A stretch of DNA of 64,000 nt, from assembly GCA_031538565.1 (NCBI GenBank), contig JAVKLS010000021.1:71024-135023 (forward strand). The letters are read 5' to 3'. Numbering within the stretch: position 1 is the stretch's first letter; each line of letters opens with the position of its first letter. This document shows, one piece after another, positions 19,668 to 31,224 of this stretch. Below the pieces are notes generated by a model that was not told where the DNA came from, did not search any database, and worked only from the letters and a program-made list of their open reading frames with translations. Both the position numbers and the translations under genes were made by a program. Source of the DNA: Burkholderiaceae bacterium (GTDB lineage Bacteria > Pseudomonadota > Gammaproteobacteria > Burkholderiales > Burkholderiaceae_C).

Positions 19668-20285
19668 ATGCCTGTAAGTAGCGGGGCGCTTTGGGCTGCC
19701 GAGATGGAGCAATGCCTGCGCGATGAGCGCGGCTTCTTGCTCAGGCTAGCCTACGCCCAGCTACGCGATACGCAAGAAGCGGCGGACGCTGTGCAGGAGA
19801 TGGCGCTGGCGGCTTGGCAGTCGATTCATCGCTTTGAAGGGCGCTCTACCATGCGGACATGGTTGGTCGGCATTTTGCGATTCAAAATTTTGGATGCACT
19901 GCGTGCGCGTAAACAGCAGCCCATTTTTGTTGTGGACGAGGCGGAACAAGAAATGCAGGCTTTCGATAGCGAAGCTGTGTTTGACTCGGGGGGACGTTGG
20001 GACGAGGCGCCGCAGGCGTGGTGGGAAGCCTGTGACGGTCCTAGCGAGAGCTTGCAGCAAAGCCAAGCCATGCGACTGCTGGAGCAGTGCCTTGAAAAAC
20101 TACCCGATCGGATGGCGCAAATTTTTTTAATGCGCGAGTATTTGGGTTTTGAAAGCGCCGAAATTACCCAGCGCACGGGCGTGCAAGCGGGCAACATTCG
20201 AGTGATCTTGATGCGTGCAAGGTTGGCCTTGCGAACGTGTCTTGAGTGGCAACTCAGGCCAGCCTTATCAAGGAGTGAATCGTGA
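19668..20285 (+). CDS. ECF (group IV) RNA polymerase sigma factor
   Basis: Sigma-70 region 2 (RTWLVGILRFKILDALR) and region 4 HTH (ESAEITQRTGVQAGNIRVILMRARLAL). It overlaps the downstream anti-sigma gene by 4 nt. Confidence 0.85.
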   Translation: MPVSSGALWAAEMEQCLRDERGFLLRLAYAQLRDTQEAADAVQEMALAAWQSIHRFEGRSTMRTWLVGILRFKILDALRARKQQPIFVVDEAEQEMQAFDSEAVFDSGGRWDEAPQAWWEACDGPSESLQQSQAMRLLEQCLEKLPDRMAQIFLMREYLGFESAEITQRTGVQAGNIRVILMRARLALRTCLEWQLRPALSRSES

Positions 20286-21103
20286 ATCTTTCTGCCAAAT
20301 CATCAGCCGTTATCACTTGCCAAGACAGTGTGCACTTTGTCAGTTTGCTGCGCGATGGCGAGTTGGGCGATATCGACCGCACGCGGCTAGAGGCGCACCT
20401 GCAAAGCTGCCCGCGCTGCCAAACCGCGCGCCAGCAATTCGAAGTTTTGTATGCAGGACTCGATACGCTGCTGGCAAGGTCTGAAATTGCAAGCAGTTTT
20501 GTATCTCCTCAAGCTGCACCTAGTCCGCACAGCCACGCTAAAAATTTTCGGCGAAGGCAGTGGCTGGGTTGGTGCGCGGGAGCAGGCATCGGCGCTCTTG
20601 CGGGTGCGGGCGCTACGTTTTGGTTGAGCGCAACAGCGCTGCAAACCGCACAAGTCCCTGACGAGGCGGTTGCACGCCGCATCGCGCAATATCAAGCGCT
20701 GTACGCACGCAGTACCGTACAAGGCAGCCCACTAGAGCGCGACCAAGCCCAGCAAACACTGGCGCAGTGGCTTGCTCAAACGCCTAGCGCGCCGCGCATT
20801 GTGAGTGCACCCAGGCTGGAAGCGCAAGGTTTGCAATTGGTCAGAGCGCAGCATCTCAAATGGAATGCGTATGCCATTTTGCAGTGGGTTTATCTGCCGC
20901 AAGAAGGCGATCCTGTTGCGCTGTGCGGCATGGCGGCATCCACCTATGCGGCAGATTCTCCCAATGCTTTTACTGATTCTGGGATGCGCGGCTTGCGCTG
21001 GCATGAAAGCGGCGTGTTGTGGGTTCTACTTGCGCCGCAGAACCTGTGGTCGCCTGATCAATTAAACCAATTGCAGCGCAGCATCGCACCGCAACTGGTT
21101 TAA
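20282..21103 (+). CDS. Anti-sigma factor with N-terminal zinc-binding (ZAS, H-x3-C-x2-C) domain and one TM helix
   Basis: HLQSCPRCQ motif, TM segment WLGWCAGAGIGALAGAGATFWL, and translational coupling to the ECF sigma gene. Confidence 0.7.
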   Translation: MNLSAKSSAVITCQDSVHFVSLLRDGELGDIDRTRLEAHLQSCPRCQTARQQFEVLYAGLDTLLARSEIASSFVSPQAAPSPHSHAKNFRRRQWLGWCAGAGIGALAGAGATFWLSATALQTAQVPDEAVARRIAQYQALYARSTVQGSPLERDQAQQTLAQWLAQTPSAPRIVSAPRLEAQGLQLVRAQHLKWNAYAILQWVYLPQEGDPVALCGMAASTYAADSPNAFTDSGMRGLRWHESGVLWVLLAPQNLWSPDQLNQLQRSIAPQLV

Positions 21104-21128
21104 ACCAGCAACGATTTGACCCTCATGC

Positions 21129-22091
21129 TTATTGCGGCTGAAAGCCGCTGCTTTTGATCATCTTGGCCCACACCTGCGTGTAAGCACGTTCACGTTGCTC
21201 CAACTGTTGGGCGTTCATGTAGCCCACGGTCAAACCCATTTTGGTGAGTTGTTCGTTCACATCGGGCATCGCCAACACTTTGGACAAGGCCGCACCCAGC
21301 TGGTTGATGGCGGCTTTTGGGGTGCCCGCAGGGGCAAAGATGCCGTAATAAGGCACATCTTCCAAGCCGCCCAAGCCCAGCTCTGTAAACGTGGGCACGT
21401 CAGGTAACGTAGCTTGGCGTTTAGCGCCCAACACAGCGACCACGCGCACTTTGCCTGCTTTGTGGTTTTCAATGAAGTCAGGTACCGAGCCCACACCAGC
21501 GGCAATTTGGTTGCCCAGCATGTCGGCCATCATGGGTGCGCCGCCGCGATAGGGGGCAGCAATCAAGTCGAGCTTGAACTTTTCGCCCACTACTTTCACC
21601 AAAAACTCAGGGATTGAGGCTGGCGCAGGAATTCCAACCGAACCCTTGCCGCCTTGGGCTTTGACCCAAGCCACATATTCGGTGAACGACTTGGCAGGCG
21701 TGCCGCCCGACACGGCATAGGCGGTGACAAACGTCGCAAAGCCAGCCACAGGGGCAAAGTCAGTGGCAGAGTCATAGCCTGGGTTTTTGACCACCAAGGG
21801 CAAAATAGATATCGTGTGGTCATGCGAGAGGAACAACACCGTGCCATCGGCCGGCGCTACTTTCAAAGCTTGTGCGGCCAACTGGCCACCCGCGCCAGGT
21901 TTGTTCTCAACCACCACTGGGACGTCCAACTGATCTTTCAGTTTTTCAGCCAAGATGCGGGCGATCACATCAGTCCCCCCTCCGGGCGGAAGACCCACCA
22001 TGAGTTTGATGGGTTTGGCATTTTGTGCAGCAGCCAAGCCACAGCTCAAAGCCAAGGCTAAAACGGCAAAATGACGACGAAAAGAAAGCAT
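21129..22091 (-). CDS. Tripartite tricarboxylate transporter substrate-binding protein (Bug/TctC family)
   Basis: Signal peptide and Bug-family blocks (GGGTDVIARILAEKL, NKPGAGG). It is an orphan SBP, as is typical in Burkholderiales. Confidence 0.9.
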   Translation of the reverse strand: MLSFRRHFAVLALALSCGLAAAQNAKPIKLMVGLPPGGGTDVIARILAEKLKDQLDVPVVVENKPGAGGQLAAQALKVAPADGTVLFLSHDHTISILPLVVKNPGYDSATDFAPVAGFATFVTAYAVSGGTPAKSFTEYVAWVKAQGGKGSVGIPAPASIPEFLVKVVGEKFKLDLIAAPYRGGAPMMADMLGNQIAAGVGSVPDFIENHKAGKVRVVAVLGAKRQATLPDVPTFTELGLGGLEDVPYYGIFAPAGTPKAAINQLGAALSKVLAMPDVNEQLTKMGLTVGYMNAQQLEQRERAYTQVWAKMIKSSGFQPQ

Positions 22092-22110
22092 ACGAATCTC
22101 CTTGGTAGTG

Positions 22111-22127
22111 TTTGTTTTGAAAACAAA
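22111..22127. promoter_or_regulatory. 17-nt perfect palindrome in the leader of the Bug-family gene
   Basis: TTTGTTTT-G-AAAACAAA lies 20-36 nt upstream of the ATG at 22091. Function unknown. Confidence 0.2.
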
Positions 22128-22238
22128 AATGACGATGTCCAGAATTTATCTTCAAGTTTAAAATAATTAACCCTAATGATTATGCCGAACAATTTGCTTT
22201 TGGAGGCATTTGGACTTACCCCCCAGTTTTACGGGCAG

Positions 22239-25200
22239 TTAAATGTTTTGGGATTGAAGTGGTATGGGCAGTGCAGTTTGTAACAGCGCCTGCCCAGTGT
22301 GTGAACCGCTGGCGATCACATCCGCAGGTGTCCCCGCGCAAACCACTTTGCCGCCGCCTTTGCCGCCTTCGGGCCCCATGTCAATCACCCAGTCGGCTTG
22401 GGCAATCACGTCAAGATCATGTTCAATAACGACCACGCTGTGCCCCGCCTTGACTAAACGCTGGAGCACGTGGATCAGCTTTTCCACGTCCGCCATATGC
22501 AGTCCGACGGTGGGTTCATCCAGCACATAAAGTGTGAGTGGCATTTTTTGTCCGCGCCTGGCCACATCGTCGCGCACTTTTGCAAGTTCGGTCACTAGCT
22601 TGAGGCGCTGCGCCTCACCGCCCGATAACGTGGGTGAGGGCTGACCCAGCGTGAGGTAACCCAGCCCCACATCTTTGAGCAGCTGCAGTGGATGCGCGAT
22701 AGCAGGCATGGTGGCAAAAAACTCAACGGCTTCATCAACCTCCATCTGTAGCACGTCGCCGATGCTTTTGCCGCGCCAGCGCACAGCCAGCGTCTCGGCG
22801 TTAAAGCGCGCGCCTTTGCACACGTCGCACAGCACTTTGACATCGGGCAAAAAGCTCATCGCAATGGTTTTAATGCCTTGCCCTTCGCAGCCGTCGCAGC
22901 GTCCCCCACGGGCATTGATGCCAGCGGCTTTTGAGTTCGCTGTGTTAAAGCTAAAACGCGAGGCAGCGTAGCCGCGGGCTTTGGCCTCTAACGTGCCCTC
23001 GAAAAGTTTGCGAATCAAATCCCAAAATCCCACATACGTGGCGGGGCACGAGCGCGGCGTTTTGCCAATCGGCGTTTGGTCCACTTCCAAAACGCGCCCA
23101 ATCGGGTAATTGGGGACTGTCCCTAATTCTTTTAGGACTTGCGGCAATAGCACCTCGCGAGCCAGGGTGGATTTTCCAGAACCCGACACCCCTGTAATGG
23201 CGACCAAGCGCGTTAGCGGAATATCAATGCTGACGTTTTGCAGGTTATGAAGGTTTGCATTTTTGATTGCTATTTTTACTTCGCTAAAACACGGACCTAA
23301 ACCGCTCATCCCTTTTTGACTCCAATGATGGCGGACCCGCGCCAAATACTGCCCCGTTTGCGATTCGGCGACAGCTTGCACGCTTTGCGCAGAGCCTTGC
23401 GCCACTAAGTGCCCGCCACGTTTTCCAGCACCAGGACCAATGTCAATGATGTGATCGGCTGCACGGATGGTGTCGGCATCGTGCTCGACGACGACGAGCG
23501 TATTGCCCTTAGTGGTGAGGTCTTTGAGTGCCGACAAAAGAATCGCGTTATCGCGGGCGTGCAGTCCGATGGTGGGCTCGTCTAGCACGTAGCACACGCC
23601 TTGCAAATTGCTGCCAAGCTGCGCGGCCAAGCGGATACGCTGCGCTTCACCGCCCGATAGCGTGGGCGCACCCCGATCCAGCGTGAGGTAGGACAGCCCC
23701 ACCTGCTCAAGAAACGCGAGCCTACCTTCGATTTCGGCTATTAAGCCCTGGGCAATGTCAGCGCTTCGTCCTTGCAGCGTTAAGTTGCGTAGCCATTTGC
23801 GGACGTCGCCAATCGATAGCGCGGCCACGTCGGTAATCGGGGTATTGGCAAAGCGCACAGCGCGTGCTTGCGCATTGAGCCTTGTGCCCGAGCACGTGGC
23901 GCAGACTTGTTCGCTCAAGTCGTCAATGGCAACTTCTTCAAAGCTTTGTTCGCGTCCGTTGTTGTCATCGCTGCGCACAGAATCATCTAACAATTTGCGC
24001 TGCTCTTTGGAGAGCGCAACCCCCGTGCCGACGCAGTCTTTGCACCAGCCGTGTTTGCTGTTGTAGCTAAATAGGCGCGGGTCAAGTTCGCTGTACGAAG
24101 TGCTGCACACGGGGCAGGCACGCAAGGTGGAGAAGACGCTGACTTTTCTTTGAATGGCGGCACTAGCGCCACTCATTTCCGCGCGCAATCCATCAAGCGG
24201 GGCAAGCACATGAACCACGCCTTTGCCGTGCACCAGTGCCGCCTCCAGCGCAGCGCGCAGTGTGGGCTCGTTTTCGGTAGTGACGACGATATCGGCAATG
24301 GGCAGCTCTATCGTGTGTTCTTTAAAGCGATCGATGCGCGGAAAGTTGGTTGTTGGTAAAAATGCTCCATCCACGCGCAAGTGTGTGTAACCATGCGGGT
24401 CGTGGGATTTTGCCCAGTCCGCCAGCTCGGTGTACACACCTTTGCGGTTGATGACCAAGGGCGCTAAGAGTCCAATGTGCTGACCTTTAAAGTCTCGCAA
24501 AATTTGCGCAGCAATATTGCCTGGGGATTGCGGACTGACGGCTGCTGCGTCATGAATGCAATGCTGAACGCCAAGCTTGACGTAGAGCAAACGCAAAAAG
24601 TGCCACACCTCGGTGGCCGTGCCGACTGTGCTTTTGCGTCCACCGCGCGACAGGCGCTGCTCAATCGCAACGGTAGGGGCAATGCCATACACGGCATCGA
24701 CATCGGGGCGACCTGCGGGTTGCACGATGGATCTGGCGTAGGCATTGAGCGACTCCAAATAGCGGCGCTGCCCCTCGTTAAACAAAATATCAAACGCCAA
24801 GGTGGATTTGCCCGATCCACTCACGCCTGTGATGACATTTAATTGACCATGCGGAATGTTGACGTTTAAGTTGCGCAAATTATTTTCACGCGCCCCTTTA
24901 ATTTGAATAGCATTGGTTGCTTGTCGCCAATTAGGGTCTGACCCCAATTGGCTTGCGATCATTGGTTCACCAACGCCTACCGCACCCTCATACTCGCGCA
25001 GGGCTCGTCCTGTATGGCTGGTCGGGTGCGCTTTTAAATCGTCTGGCGTGCCTACTGCCACGATGCAGCCACCCGCATCGCCGCCTTCGAGACCAAGATC
25101 GATAAGCCAATCGGAGGCGCGGATAACGTCTAGGTTGTGCTCGATGATGAGGAGCGAATGCCCTGCATCCAACAGCTTGCGTAGCGCCCGCATTAATTTG

Positions 25201-27911
25201 GCGATGTCGTCAAAATGCAGTCCTGTTGTGGGCTCGTCAAACATAAACAGCTTGCCTTTGGTTGCCACGGCTTGGCGACTGGCCGTTTTAGCCGCAGCAG
25301 CTTCGGTTAAATAACCCGCCAACTTGAGGCGCTGAGCTTCGCCGCCCGACAGCGTGGGCACAGGCTGACCCAGTTTGACGTAATCCAATCCCACATCGAC
25401 CAGCGGTTGCAGCACGCGCAGCACGTCGCGTTGGCTGGCAAATACCTGACACGCCTGGGAAACCGTGAGGTTGAGAACATCGGCAACGCTGAGAAAGTCC
25501 CCATTGCCGCGCCACTGCACTTCCAAAATCTCTGGGCGATAGCGCTGGCCATCGCAGTCTTGGCAGCGCAAATAAACGTCCGATAAAAATTGCATCTCCA
25601 CGTGTTCAAAGCCCGAACCACCGCAGCTGGGACAGCGCCCATCCCCGCCGTTAAAAGAAAACTTGGCAGCCGTGTAGCCGCGCTGTTTGGCCAGCGGCAC
25701 TTGCGCAAAGAGGGCGCGAATTGCGTCCCACGCGCCCACATAGCTGGCGGGGTTGGATCGCGTGGTTTTGCCAATAGGCGACTGATCGACGAAGATGACT
25801 TCTTCTAAATGGTCTGCACCCATCAACCTATCGTGCAAGCCAGGCGTTTCGGTGGCTTTGCCAAAGTAGCGCAAAAGCGCAGGCGCCAAAATATCTTGCA
25901 CCAAGGTGGACTTGCCTGAACCGCTGACCCCCGTCATCGTGACCAAGCATTTCAATGGAATATCGACGCTGATGTTTTTGAGGTTGTGCTCGCGTGCGCC
26001 TTCCAAAATCAGACGCGGCGTGGCTGCGGTGACCAGCTTTTTAAATCCCATTCCAATGGTTTTGCGTCCTGCTAGGTATTCACCCGTCAGCGTATCGGCT
26101 TGCCCAATCTTTGCAGGACTGCCATCAAACACGATGCGCCCGCCTGCTGCGCCAGGGCCAGGTCCCATATCAATGACGCGATCGGCTGCCAGCATCACGG
26201 CGGGATCGTGCTCCACGACCACCAGCGTATTGCCTGCATCGCGCAGGCGCAGCATGGCGCGGGTGATGCGATCCATGTCGCGCGGATGCAGTCCGATGCT
26301 GGGCTCATCGAGCACGAATAGCGTGTTGACTAGCGACGTGCCCAGCGCCGTGGTGAGGTTGATTCGCTGCACTTCACCGCCCGACAGCGTGCGACTTTGG
26401 CGATCAAGTGTGAGGTAGCCAATGCCCACATCACACAGATATTGCAGGCGCGTGTTGATTTCATCCAAGATGAGTTTTTTTGCTTTGGCTTGGGCCGATT
26501 CTGGGGCGTTACTTGCATCGGTAAGCGAAAGAAAAAATGTTCTTAATTTTTCAATCGACAAGCGCATCACGTCGTGCAAGCAAAGCCCTGAAAGACTTTG
26601 CAGCGTAGCAGCATCAAAACCAATGCCTTTAGGCGCAAAGCGCAGTTTGGGAGCAAGCACCGCGTTTGCTTGCTCTTGGCTGCCAACGCGCCACAGCAGG
26701 GGCTCAAGTTTTAGCCGTGCGCCATCGCAAGCGGGGCAGGCGGTGTAGCTGCGATATTTGGACAGCAGCACGCGAATGTGCATTTTGTAGCTTTTAGATT
26801 CCAAGTATGAAAAAAATCGATGCACGCCAAACCAGTGTTGATTCCACTTCCCATTCCAATTGGGTGAGCCGTTAATCACCCATGCTTGCTGTGCCTGTGT
26901 GAGCTTGCTCCACGGCGTATCGCGTGGAATGCCTGCGGCCTGGGCGTGGCGCATCAAATCGTCCTGTGCTTCTTTCCAGGCGGGCGTTTGCATGGGTTTG
27001 ATCGCACCCATTCGCAGCGTGAGTTTGTCGTTTGGAATGACCAGCCCTAAATCCACACCAATGACGCGACCAAAGCCGCGGCAGGTTTCGCACGCGCCGT
27101 GAGCCGAGTTAAACGAAAACAGCGAAGGCGTCGGCAAGCCGTATTGGATATCGCTGTCGGCGCAGTGCAGTCCCGTAGAAAAACGCCACAGGTCGCTGCG
27201 TTCGTCTGCATCGATAAAAACGGTGAGTCGCCCTGCGCCGTGTTTGAGGGAGGTTTCAATCGCCTCCATCGCCCGCGCTTTATCTGCGCCGCCTGCACGA
27301 AATCGGTCGGCAACAACGTAGAGCTTTCCCTCGTGGGTGTGTAGTCGCGTAAAACCGCTGGCAGATAACCATTGCTGCATCTCTTCGGGCGCGGTGTTTG
27401 CGGGTAGCGTGACGGGAAAGGTGATTTGGAGGCGGGGACTGTTTGCGTGTTGACTTGCACTTGTGCGAGCCAGTAGCTCCGCATAAATCGACTCCGCATC
27501 ATCGCGGCGCACAACTTGCCCCGTTTGCCGATCGAACAGTTGCGCGCAGCGTGCAAAGAGTAGTTTGAGGTGATCGTTTAGCTCTGTCATCGTGCCCACG
27601 GTGGAGCGCGAGCTGCGCACAGGATTGCTTTGATCGATAGCAATGGCGGGCGGTACGCCCTCAATTTTGTCAACGGCAGGTTTATCCATGCGATCCAAAA
27701 ACTGCCGTGCATAGGCGCTAAACGTTTCCACATACCGACGCTGGCCTTCGGCAAATAGTGTGTCAAACACAAGAGACGATTTACCCGAGCCGCTCACGCC
27801 TGTGACCACGGTGAGCTCGCCTGTTTGAATATCGACGTTCAAATTTTGAAGGTTGTGCTGACGCGCACCGCGAATTTTGATGAGGGGTTTGTCTTGCGCG
27901 TGTGAGGTCAT
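22239..27911 (-). CDS. uvrA: Tandem-duplicated UvrA-family ABC ATPase (two complete UvrA-like units in one 1890-aa chain)
   Basis: It has four Walker A sites (GVSGSGKS x4), four LSGGE signatures, four DEP(S/T)xGLH Walker B motifs, and CxxC zinc modules in both halves. The second unit starts near residue ~985 ([16 protein letters not shown]...). Confidence 0.9.
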   Translation of the reverse strand: MTSHAQDKPLIKIRGARQHNLQNLNVDIQTGELTVVTGVSGSGKSSLVFDTLFAEGQRRYVETFSAYARQFLDRMDKPAVDKIEGVPPAIAIDQSNPVRSSRSTVGTMTELNDHLKLLFARCAQLFDRQTGQVVRRDDAESIYAELLARTSASQHANSPRLQITFPVTLPANTAPEEMQQWLSASGFTRLHTHEGKLYVVADRFRAGGADKARAMEAIETSLKHGAGRLTVFIDADERSDLWRFSTGLHCADSDIQYGLPTPSLFSFNSAHGACETCRGFGRVIGVDLGLVIPNDKLTLRMGAIKPMQTPAWKEAQDDLMRHAQAAGIPRDTPWSKLTQAQQAWVINGSPNWNGKWNQHWFGVHRFFSYLESKSYKMHIRVLLSKYRSYTACPACDGARLKLEPLLWRVGSQEQANAVLAPKLRFAPKGIGFDAATLQSLSGLCLHDVMRLSIEKLRTFFLSLTDASNAPESAQAKAKKLILDEINTRLQYLCDVGIGYLTLDRQSRTLSGGEVQRINLTTALGTSLVNTLFVLDEPSIGLHPRDMDRITRAMLRLRDAGNTLVVVEHDPAVMLAADRVIDMGPGPGAAGGRIVFDGSPAKIGQADTLTGEYLAGRKTIGMGFKKLVTAATPRLILEGAREHNLKNISVDIPLKCLVTMTGVSGSGKSTLVQDILAPALLRYFGKATETPGLHDRLMGADHLEEVIFVDQSPIGKTTRSNPASYVGAWDAIRALFAQVPLAKQRGYTAAKFSFNGGDGRCPSCGGSGFEHVEMQFLSDVYLRCQDCDGQRYRPEILEVQWRGNGDFLSVADVLNLTVSQACQVFASQRDVLRVLQPLVDVGLDYVKLGQPVPTLSGGEAQRLKLAGYLTEAAAAKTASRQAVATKGKLFMFDEPTTGLHFDDIAKLMRALRKLLDAGHSLLIIEHNLDVIRASDWLIDLGLEGGDAGGCIVAVGTPDDLKAHPTSHTGRALREYEGAVGVGEPMIASQLGSDPNWRQATNAIQIKGARENNLRNLNVNIPHGQLNVITGVSGSGKSTLAFDILFNEGQRRYLESLNAYARSIVQPAGRPDVDAVYGIAPTVAIEQRLSRGGRKSTVGTATEVWHFLRLLYVKLGVQHCIHDAAAVSPQSPGNIAAQILRDFKGQHIGLLAPLVINRKGVYTELADWAKSHDPHGYTHLRVDGAFLPTTNFPRIDRFKEHTIELPIADIVVTTENEPTLRAALEAALVHGKGVVHVLAPLDGLRAEMSGASAAIQRKVSVFSTLRACPVCSTSYSELDPRLFSYNSKHGWCKDCVGTGVALSKEQRKLLDDSVRSDDNNGREQSFEEVAIDDLSEQVCATCSGTRLNAQARAVRFANTPITDVAALSIGDVRKWLRNLTLQGRSADIAQGLIAEIEGRLAFLEQVGLSYLTLDRGAPTLSGGEAQRIRLAAQLGSNLQGVCYVLDEPTIGLHARDNAILLSALKDLTTKGNTLVVVEHDADTIRAADHIIDIGPGAGKRGGHLVAQGSAQSVQAVAESQTGQYLARVRHHWSQKGMSGLGPCFSEVKIAIKNANLHNLQNVSIDIPLTRLVAITGVSGSGKSTLAREVLLPQVLKELGTVPNYPIGRVLEVDQTPIGKTPRSCPATYVGFWDLIRKLFEGTLEAKARGYAASRFSFNTANSKAAGINARGGRCDGCEGQGIKTIAMSFLPDVKVLCDVCKGARFNAETLAVRWRGKSIGDVLQMEVDEAVEFFATMPAIAHPLQLLKDVGLGYLTLGQPSPTLSGGEAQRLKLVTELAKVRDDVARRGQKMPLTLYVLDEPTVGLHMADVEKLIHVLQRLVKAGHSVVVIEHDLDVIAQADWVIDMGPEGGKGGGKVVCAGTPADVIASGSHTGQALLQTALPIPLQSQNI

Positions 27912-29221
27912 ATGGATCGGTTTCTTGCAAGCGGTGGATTTTTAGCGAAGTAGTCTTGCAAGCCTCGCACCACGGCGCTCATGAGTGTGTCTTGGTAGTC
28001 GGAGTTGATAAGTTTTTCTTCTTCTTCAGGGTGACTGATGAAGGCGGTTTCAATCAAGATGCTAGGAATGCTAGGTGCTTTGAGTACGGCAAAACCCGCT
28101 TGCTCCACGCTGCCTTTGTGGAGTTTGGCAACGCTGCGTATTTCGCTCAGCATGCCATGACCTAGCCGCAAGCTGTCTTTAATTTGCGCTGCGGTGCTCA
28201 TGTCAAGCAGTGCACGTTTGACCTCCACGTCTTTGACCTTGATATTGAGCCCTCCCACGATATCAGCTTTATTTTCTTTGTCTGCCATCCAGCGTGCGGC
28301 ACCGCTGGAGGCGCCGCGCTCGCTTAGCGCAAAGACGCTGGCACCACGTGCGGTGGGGGTGATAAAAGCGTCTGCGTGGATGCTGATAAATAAATCCGCC
28401 TTCACGCGCTGCGCTTTTTGCACCCGCTGGTGCAACGGCACAAAGTAGTCGCCGTCGCGTGTAAGAAATGCCCGCGTGGTGCTGCCTGCCAATTGTTGGT
28501 TATCAATTTTTTTCTGAAGTAACTGCGCCATTTGCAGCACCACGTCTTTTTCTTTGATGCCCGACGGACCAATAGCGCCAGGATCTTCTCCGCCGTGTCC
28601 TGCGTCAATCGCGATGATGATGAGGCGACTCTCACTGCTGATGCTCGGGGGTGGGGAGGGCGGTTTTTTATTGTTGGCCGCAATCCAATCACTCAGCGGG
28701 TCAGGTGATGGCGTGGACGGCGGCGGCGTGGGAGGCAACGCTGGCACAGGCTTCATGTTGGCGATGAAGGATTCGAGTGGGTCGATGGGCAGAGCTGGAT
28801 ATAAATCTATGACCAAGCGGTGCTGATAGGCCGCCACGGGCGCAAGCGTAAAGACTTGTGGTTTGACCGCTTGTTTGAGGTCTAGCACCAGCCGCACGAC
28901 GCTGGGCGCGTTTTGCCCCACGCGCACACCGGCAATAAAGGGATCGTCGGCTTTGACTTTGGCAACTAATTCTTTGAGCGCAGGGTTCAGATCAATACCC
29001 GTAATGTCAATTGCCAGGCGCGGTGGGTTATCGATCAAGACTTGGCGGGTGGTAAGCGCTGCGTCCGACTCAATCGTGACGCGCGTGTAGTCTGTTGCAG
29101 GCCAAACGCGCACGGCAACAATGCTTGCCGATGTTCCGTCGTCTGCTGCCCATAGCAGATGCGGCGCGGTTAGCAGCAGCGCGGCGCTTGGCAGTGGGAG
29201 TAAAGCGTTGCGTCGGTTCAT
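27908..29221 (-). CDS. amiC: N-acetylmuramoyl-L-alanine amidase (AmiC-like; Tat signal, AMIN domain)
   Basis: Twin-arginine leader MNRRNAL, AMIN domain ([15 protein letters not shown]), Pro-rich linker and Amidase_3 motifs ([20 protein letters not shown]). ATGA overlap with uvrA. Confidence 0.9.
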   Translation of the reverse strand: MNRRNALLPLPSAALLLTAPHLLWAADDGTSASIVAVRVWPATDYTRVTIESDAALTTRQVLIDNPPRLAIDITGIDLNPALKELVAKVKADDPFIAGVRVGQNAPSVVRLVLDLKQAVKPQVFTLAPVAAYQHRLVIDLYPALPIDPLESFIANMKPVPALPPTPPPSTPSPDPLSDWIAANNKKPPSPPPSISSESRLIIIAIDAGHGGEDPGAIGPSGIKEKDVVLQMAQLLQKKIDNQQLAGSTTRAFLTRDGDYFVPLHQRVQKAQRVKADLFISIHADAFITPTARGASVFALSERGASSGAARWMADKENKADIVGGLNIKVKDVEVKRALLDMSTAAQIKDSLRLGHGMLSEIRSVAKLHKGSVEQAGFAVLKAPSIPSILIETAFISHPEEEEKLINSDYQDTLMSAVVRGLQDYFAKNPPLARNRSI

Positions 29222-29229
29222 ACAGATTT

Positions 29230-29670
29230 TTATGGCGTGATGGTCACGCGCCTAGACGCATCCGCTAAAAGCTCAATCGCAATCACAAGATCTGGTTTTG
29301 GCAGTAGTGGCTGCGCCTTATCTGCCCACTCCACCAACTTCAGCCCAGGCGCGGCAAAGATGTCGCGAAAACCCGCGTCTTCCCAATCCAAGGGGTCGGT
29401 GAAACGATAAAAATCAAAATGCCAAATAGAAAATGTTGCAGTTGGGAGTGCTGCGCCGTAAGTTTCGACGATGGTGTAGGTAGGGCTTTTGATGCGCCCC
29501 GTCACGCCCAGCGCCGCTAGTAAATGGCGAACGAGTGTGGTTTTCCCCGCGCCCAAATCACCGCGTAGTTCAACGATGGCATTACTCAAATCGTGCGTTT
29601 GCAGCAAAGCGTTCGCAAATGCGGCAGTAGCGGATTCGTTATGCAAGAAAATAGGTGAATGGACAGTCAT
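29230..29670 (-). CDS. tsaE: tRNA t6A37 biosynthesis ATPase TsaE
   Basis: P-loop GDLGAGKTT and the SPTYTIV and HFDFYR motifs. The track start at 29685 is TTG, so the ATG at 29670 is used. Confidence 0.85.
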   Translation of the reverse strand: MTVHSPIFLHNESATAAFANALLQTHDLSNAIVELRGDLGAGKTTLVRHLLAALGVTGRIKSPTYTIVETYGAALPTATFSIWHFDFYRFTDPLDWEDAGFRDIFAAPGLKLVEWADKAQPLLPKPDLVIAIELLADASRRVTITP

Positions 29671-30759
29671 AGTTTGGACAATCAACTACTTGAGCAGTTG
29701 CAACAATGGGGGCGAGAACTTGGATTCTCGCAAATTGCGGTGACGGGGGTGGATTTGCACGCGGCTGAACCGCATCTGCAAGCGTGGCTGGACAAAGGTT
29801 TCCATGGTGACATGGGCTACATGGCGGCGCACGGCATGAAACGCGCAAGACCAGATGAGTTGCACAGCGGCACGGTTAGCGTCATCACGGCGCGTATGAA
29901 TTACCTACCCGCAAGCACGCAAGGCGATTGGCGCGCGCAAGAAACAAAGCGTCTTTCGAACCCAGACGAAGCGGTGATTTCGATGTATGCCCGTGGGCGG
30001 GACTATCACAAAGTCATGCGTGCGCGGCTACAAACTTTGAGTGAAAAACTCGCCACGTTGCTGCCACTGTCGGCTCGCGTCTTTGTGGATTCTGCGCCCG
30101 TGCTGGAGGTGGAGCTGGCCAGTCGATCAGGACTGGGTTGGCGCGGCAAGCATACGCTGCTGCTAAACACGCAGGCTGGGTCTATGTTTTTTTTGGGTGA
30201 AATTTTTGTCAGTGTCGCGCTGCCGCCAACGCCTGCGCAGCAAGAGCGCTGCGGCAGTTGCACCGCCTGCATCGACGTATGCCCAACTCGCGCAATTGTG
30301 GCTCCCTACACGGTGGACGCAAGGCGCTGCATTTCGTATTTAACGATTGAAAACAAGGGCGTGATTCCCACGGAGTTTCGCGCTGCAATAGGCAACCACA
30401 TTTACGGTTGTGACGACTGCCAAACCGTTTGCCCATGGAATAAGTTTGCGGGGCGAGCCACGCTTGGCGACTTCGACGGTCGCGATGGCATGGCAGGCAG
30501 CACCCTGCTAGATTTGTTTTCATGGAGCGAAGCTGAATTTTTAAAACGAACTGAGGGCAGTGCAATAAGGCGGATTGGGTTTGAGCGTTGGCAGCGCAAT
30601 CTTGCCGTCGCTTTAGGCAATGCTTTGCGCGCAGCAGAAAACCAAGATGATCGCGCTGCGATTGTTGCGGCCCTCACGCAGCAAAAGGGGCATAGCAGCG
30701 ACTTGGTGCGCGAGCACATCGACTGGGCGCTGACGCAAGCTGCGTCGATTGCCGCCTAG
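29659..30759 (+). CDS. queG: Epoxyqueuosine reductase QueG
   Basis: The N-terminus aligns with QueG (LQQWGRELGF, HGDMGYM). Two 4Fe-4S motifs are present (CGSCTACIDVCP, CDDCQTVCPWN). AGGTGA Shine-Dalgarno sequence precedes the ATG. Confidence 0.9.
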   Translation: MDSHSLDNQLLEQLQQWGRELGFSQIAVTGVDLHAAEPHLQAWLDKGFHGDMGYMAAHGMKRARPDELHSGTVSVITARMNYLPASTQGDWRAQETKRLSNPDEAVISMYARGRDYHKVMRARLQTLSEKLATLLPLSARVFVDSAPVLEVELASRSGLGWRGKHTLLLNTQAGSMFFLGEIFVSVALPPTPAQQERCGSCTACIDVCPTRAIVAPYTVDARRCISYLTIENKGVIPTEFRAAIGNHIYGCDDCQTVCPWNKFAGRATLGDFDGRDGMAGSTLLDLFSWSEAEFLKRTEGSAIRRIGFERWQRNLAVALGNALRAAENQDDRAAIVAALTQQKGHSSDLVREHIDWALTQAASIAA

Positions 30760-30808
30760 CCCGCCATCAAAAGCCACAGCGCCAAGCATGGCTTGCGATT
30801 TTTGCTCA

Positions 30809-30919
30809 GGGACATTCTGCATAACCCTATTCCGTTCGGACTGAGTCTGTCGAAGTCCTTGATTTGATTAGAACTGCCTTTCGACAAGCTCAAGGTGAAC
30901 GGAGTTTTGCAGAGGCTCC
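30809..30919 (+). repeat. Dispersed ~111-nt hairpin-forming intergenic repeat, copy B
   Basis: It lies between the convergent 3' ends of queG and a small membrane-protein gene. It is about 97% identical to inverted copy A and about 94% identical to copy C. Confidence 0.9.
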
Positions 30920-30945
30920 TCAGAGGGTGCGCGGGGCGGATGCTG

Positions 30946-31209
30946 TCATTGACCGAGTTTGATCAGCGAAGCTGGTGTGACGACCGCTGACTCGGGTGTC
31001 TTGCCGTAAATTTTGTCGTGCACCCAATCTGCCGCTTCACCCGATGCCCACGACAAAAAATACGCAAGAATAAAAACAGCAAGTCCACGTAGCATATTTT
31101 TTGGAATGCCTGCGGCTTCTAACCAATCGCGTATCCACCAGGCCGCTACCGCAAAGACAATCATGGAGACGACAAAGTTCCACAGTGAAGGTATTTCAAA
31201 CATTAACAA
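30946..31209 (-). CDS. Small two-TM membrane protein, function unknown
   Basis: 87-aa ORF with two hydrophobic helices, located immediately downstream of lipB on the same strand. Confidence 0.5.
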   Translation of the reverse strand: MLMFEIPSLWNFVVSMIVFAVAAWWIRDWLEAAGIPKNMLRGLAVFILAYFLSWASGEAADWVHDKIYGKTPESAVVTPASLIKLGQ

Positions 31210-31224
31210 TACTCCGTTAAGCGG

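Noticed and set aside
29659-29685. A head-to-head overlap of the tsaE and queG coding starts.
   Set aside because: It largely disappears when tsaE is started at its ATG (29670) instead of the track's TTG. The remaining 12-nt divergent overlap is unremarkable.
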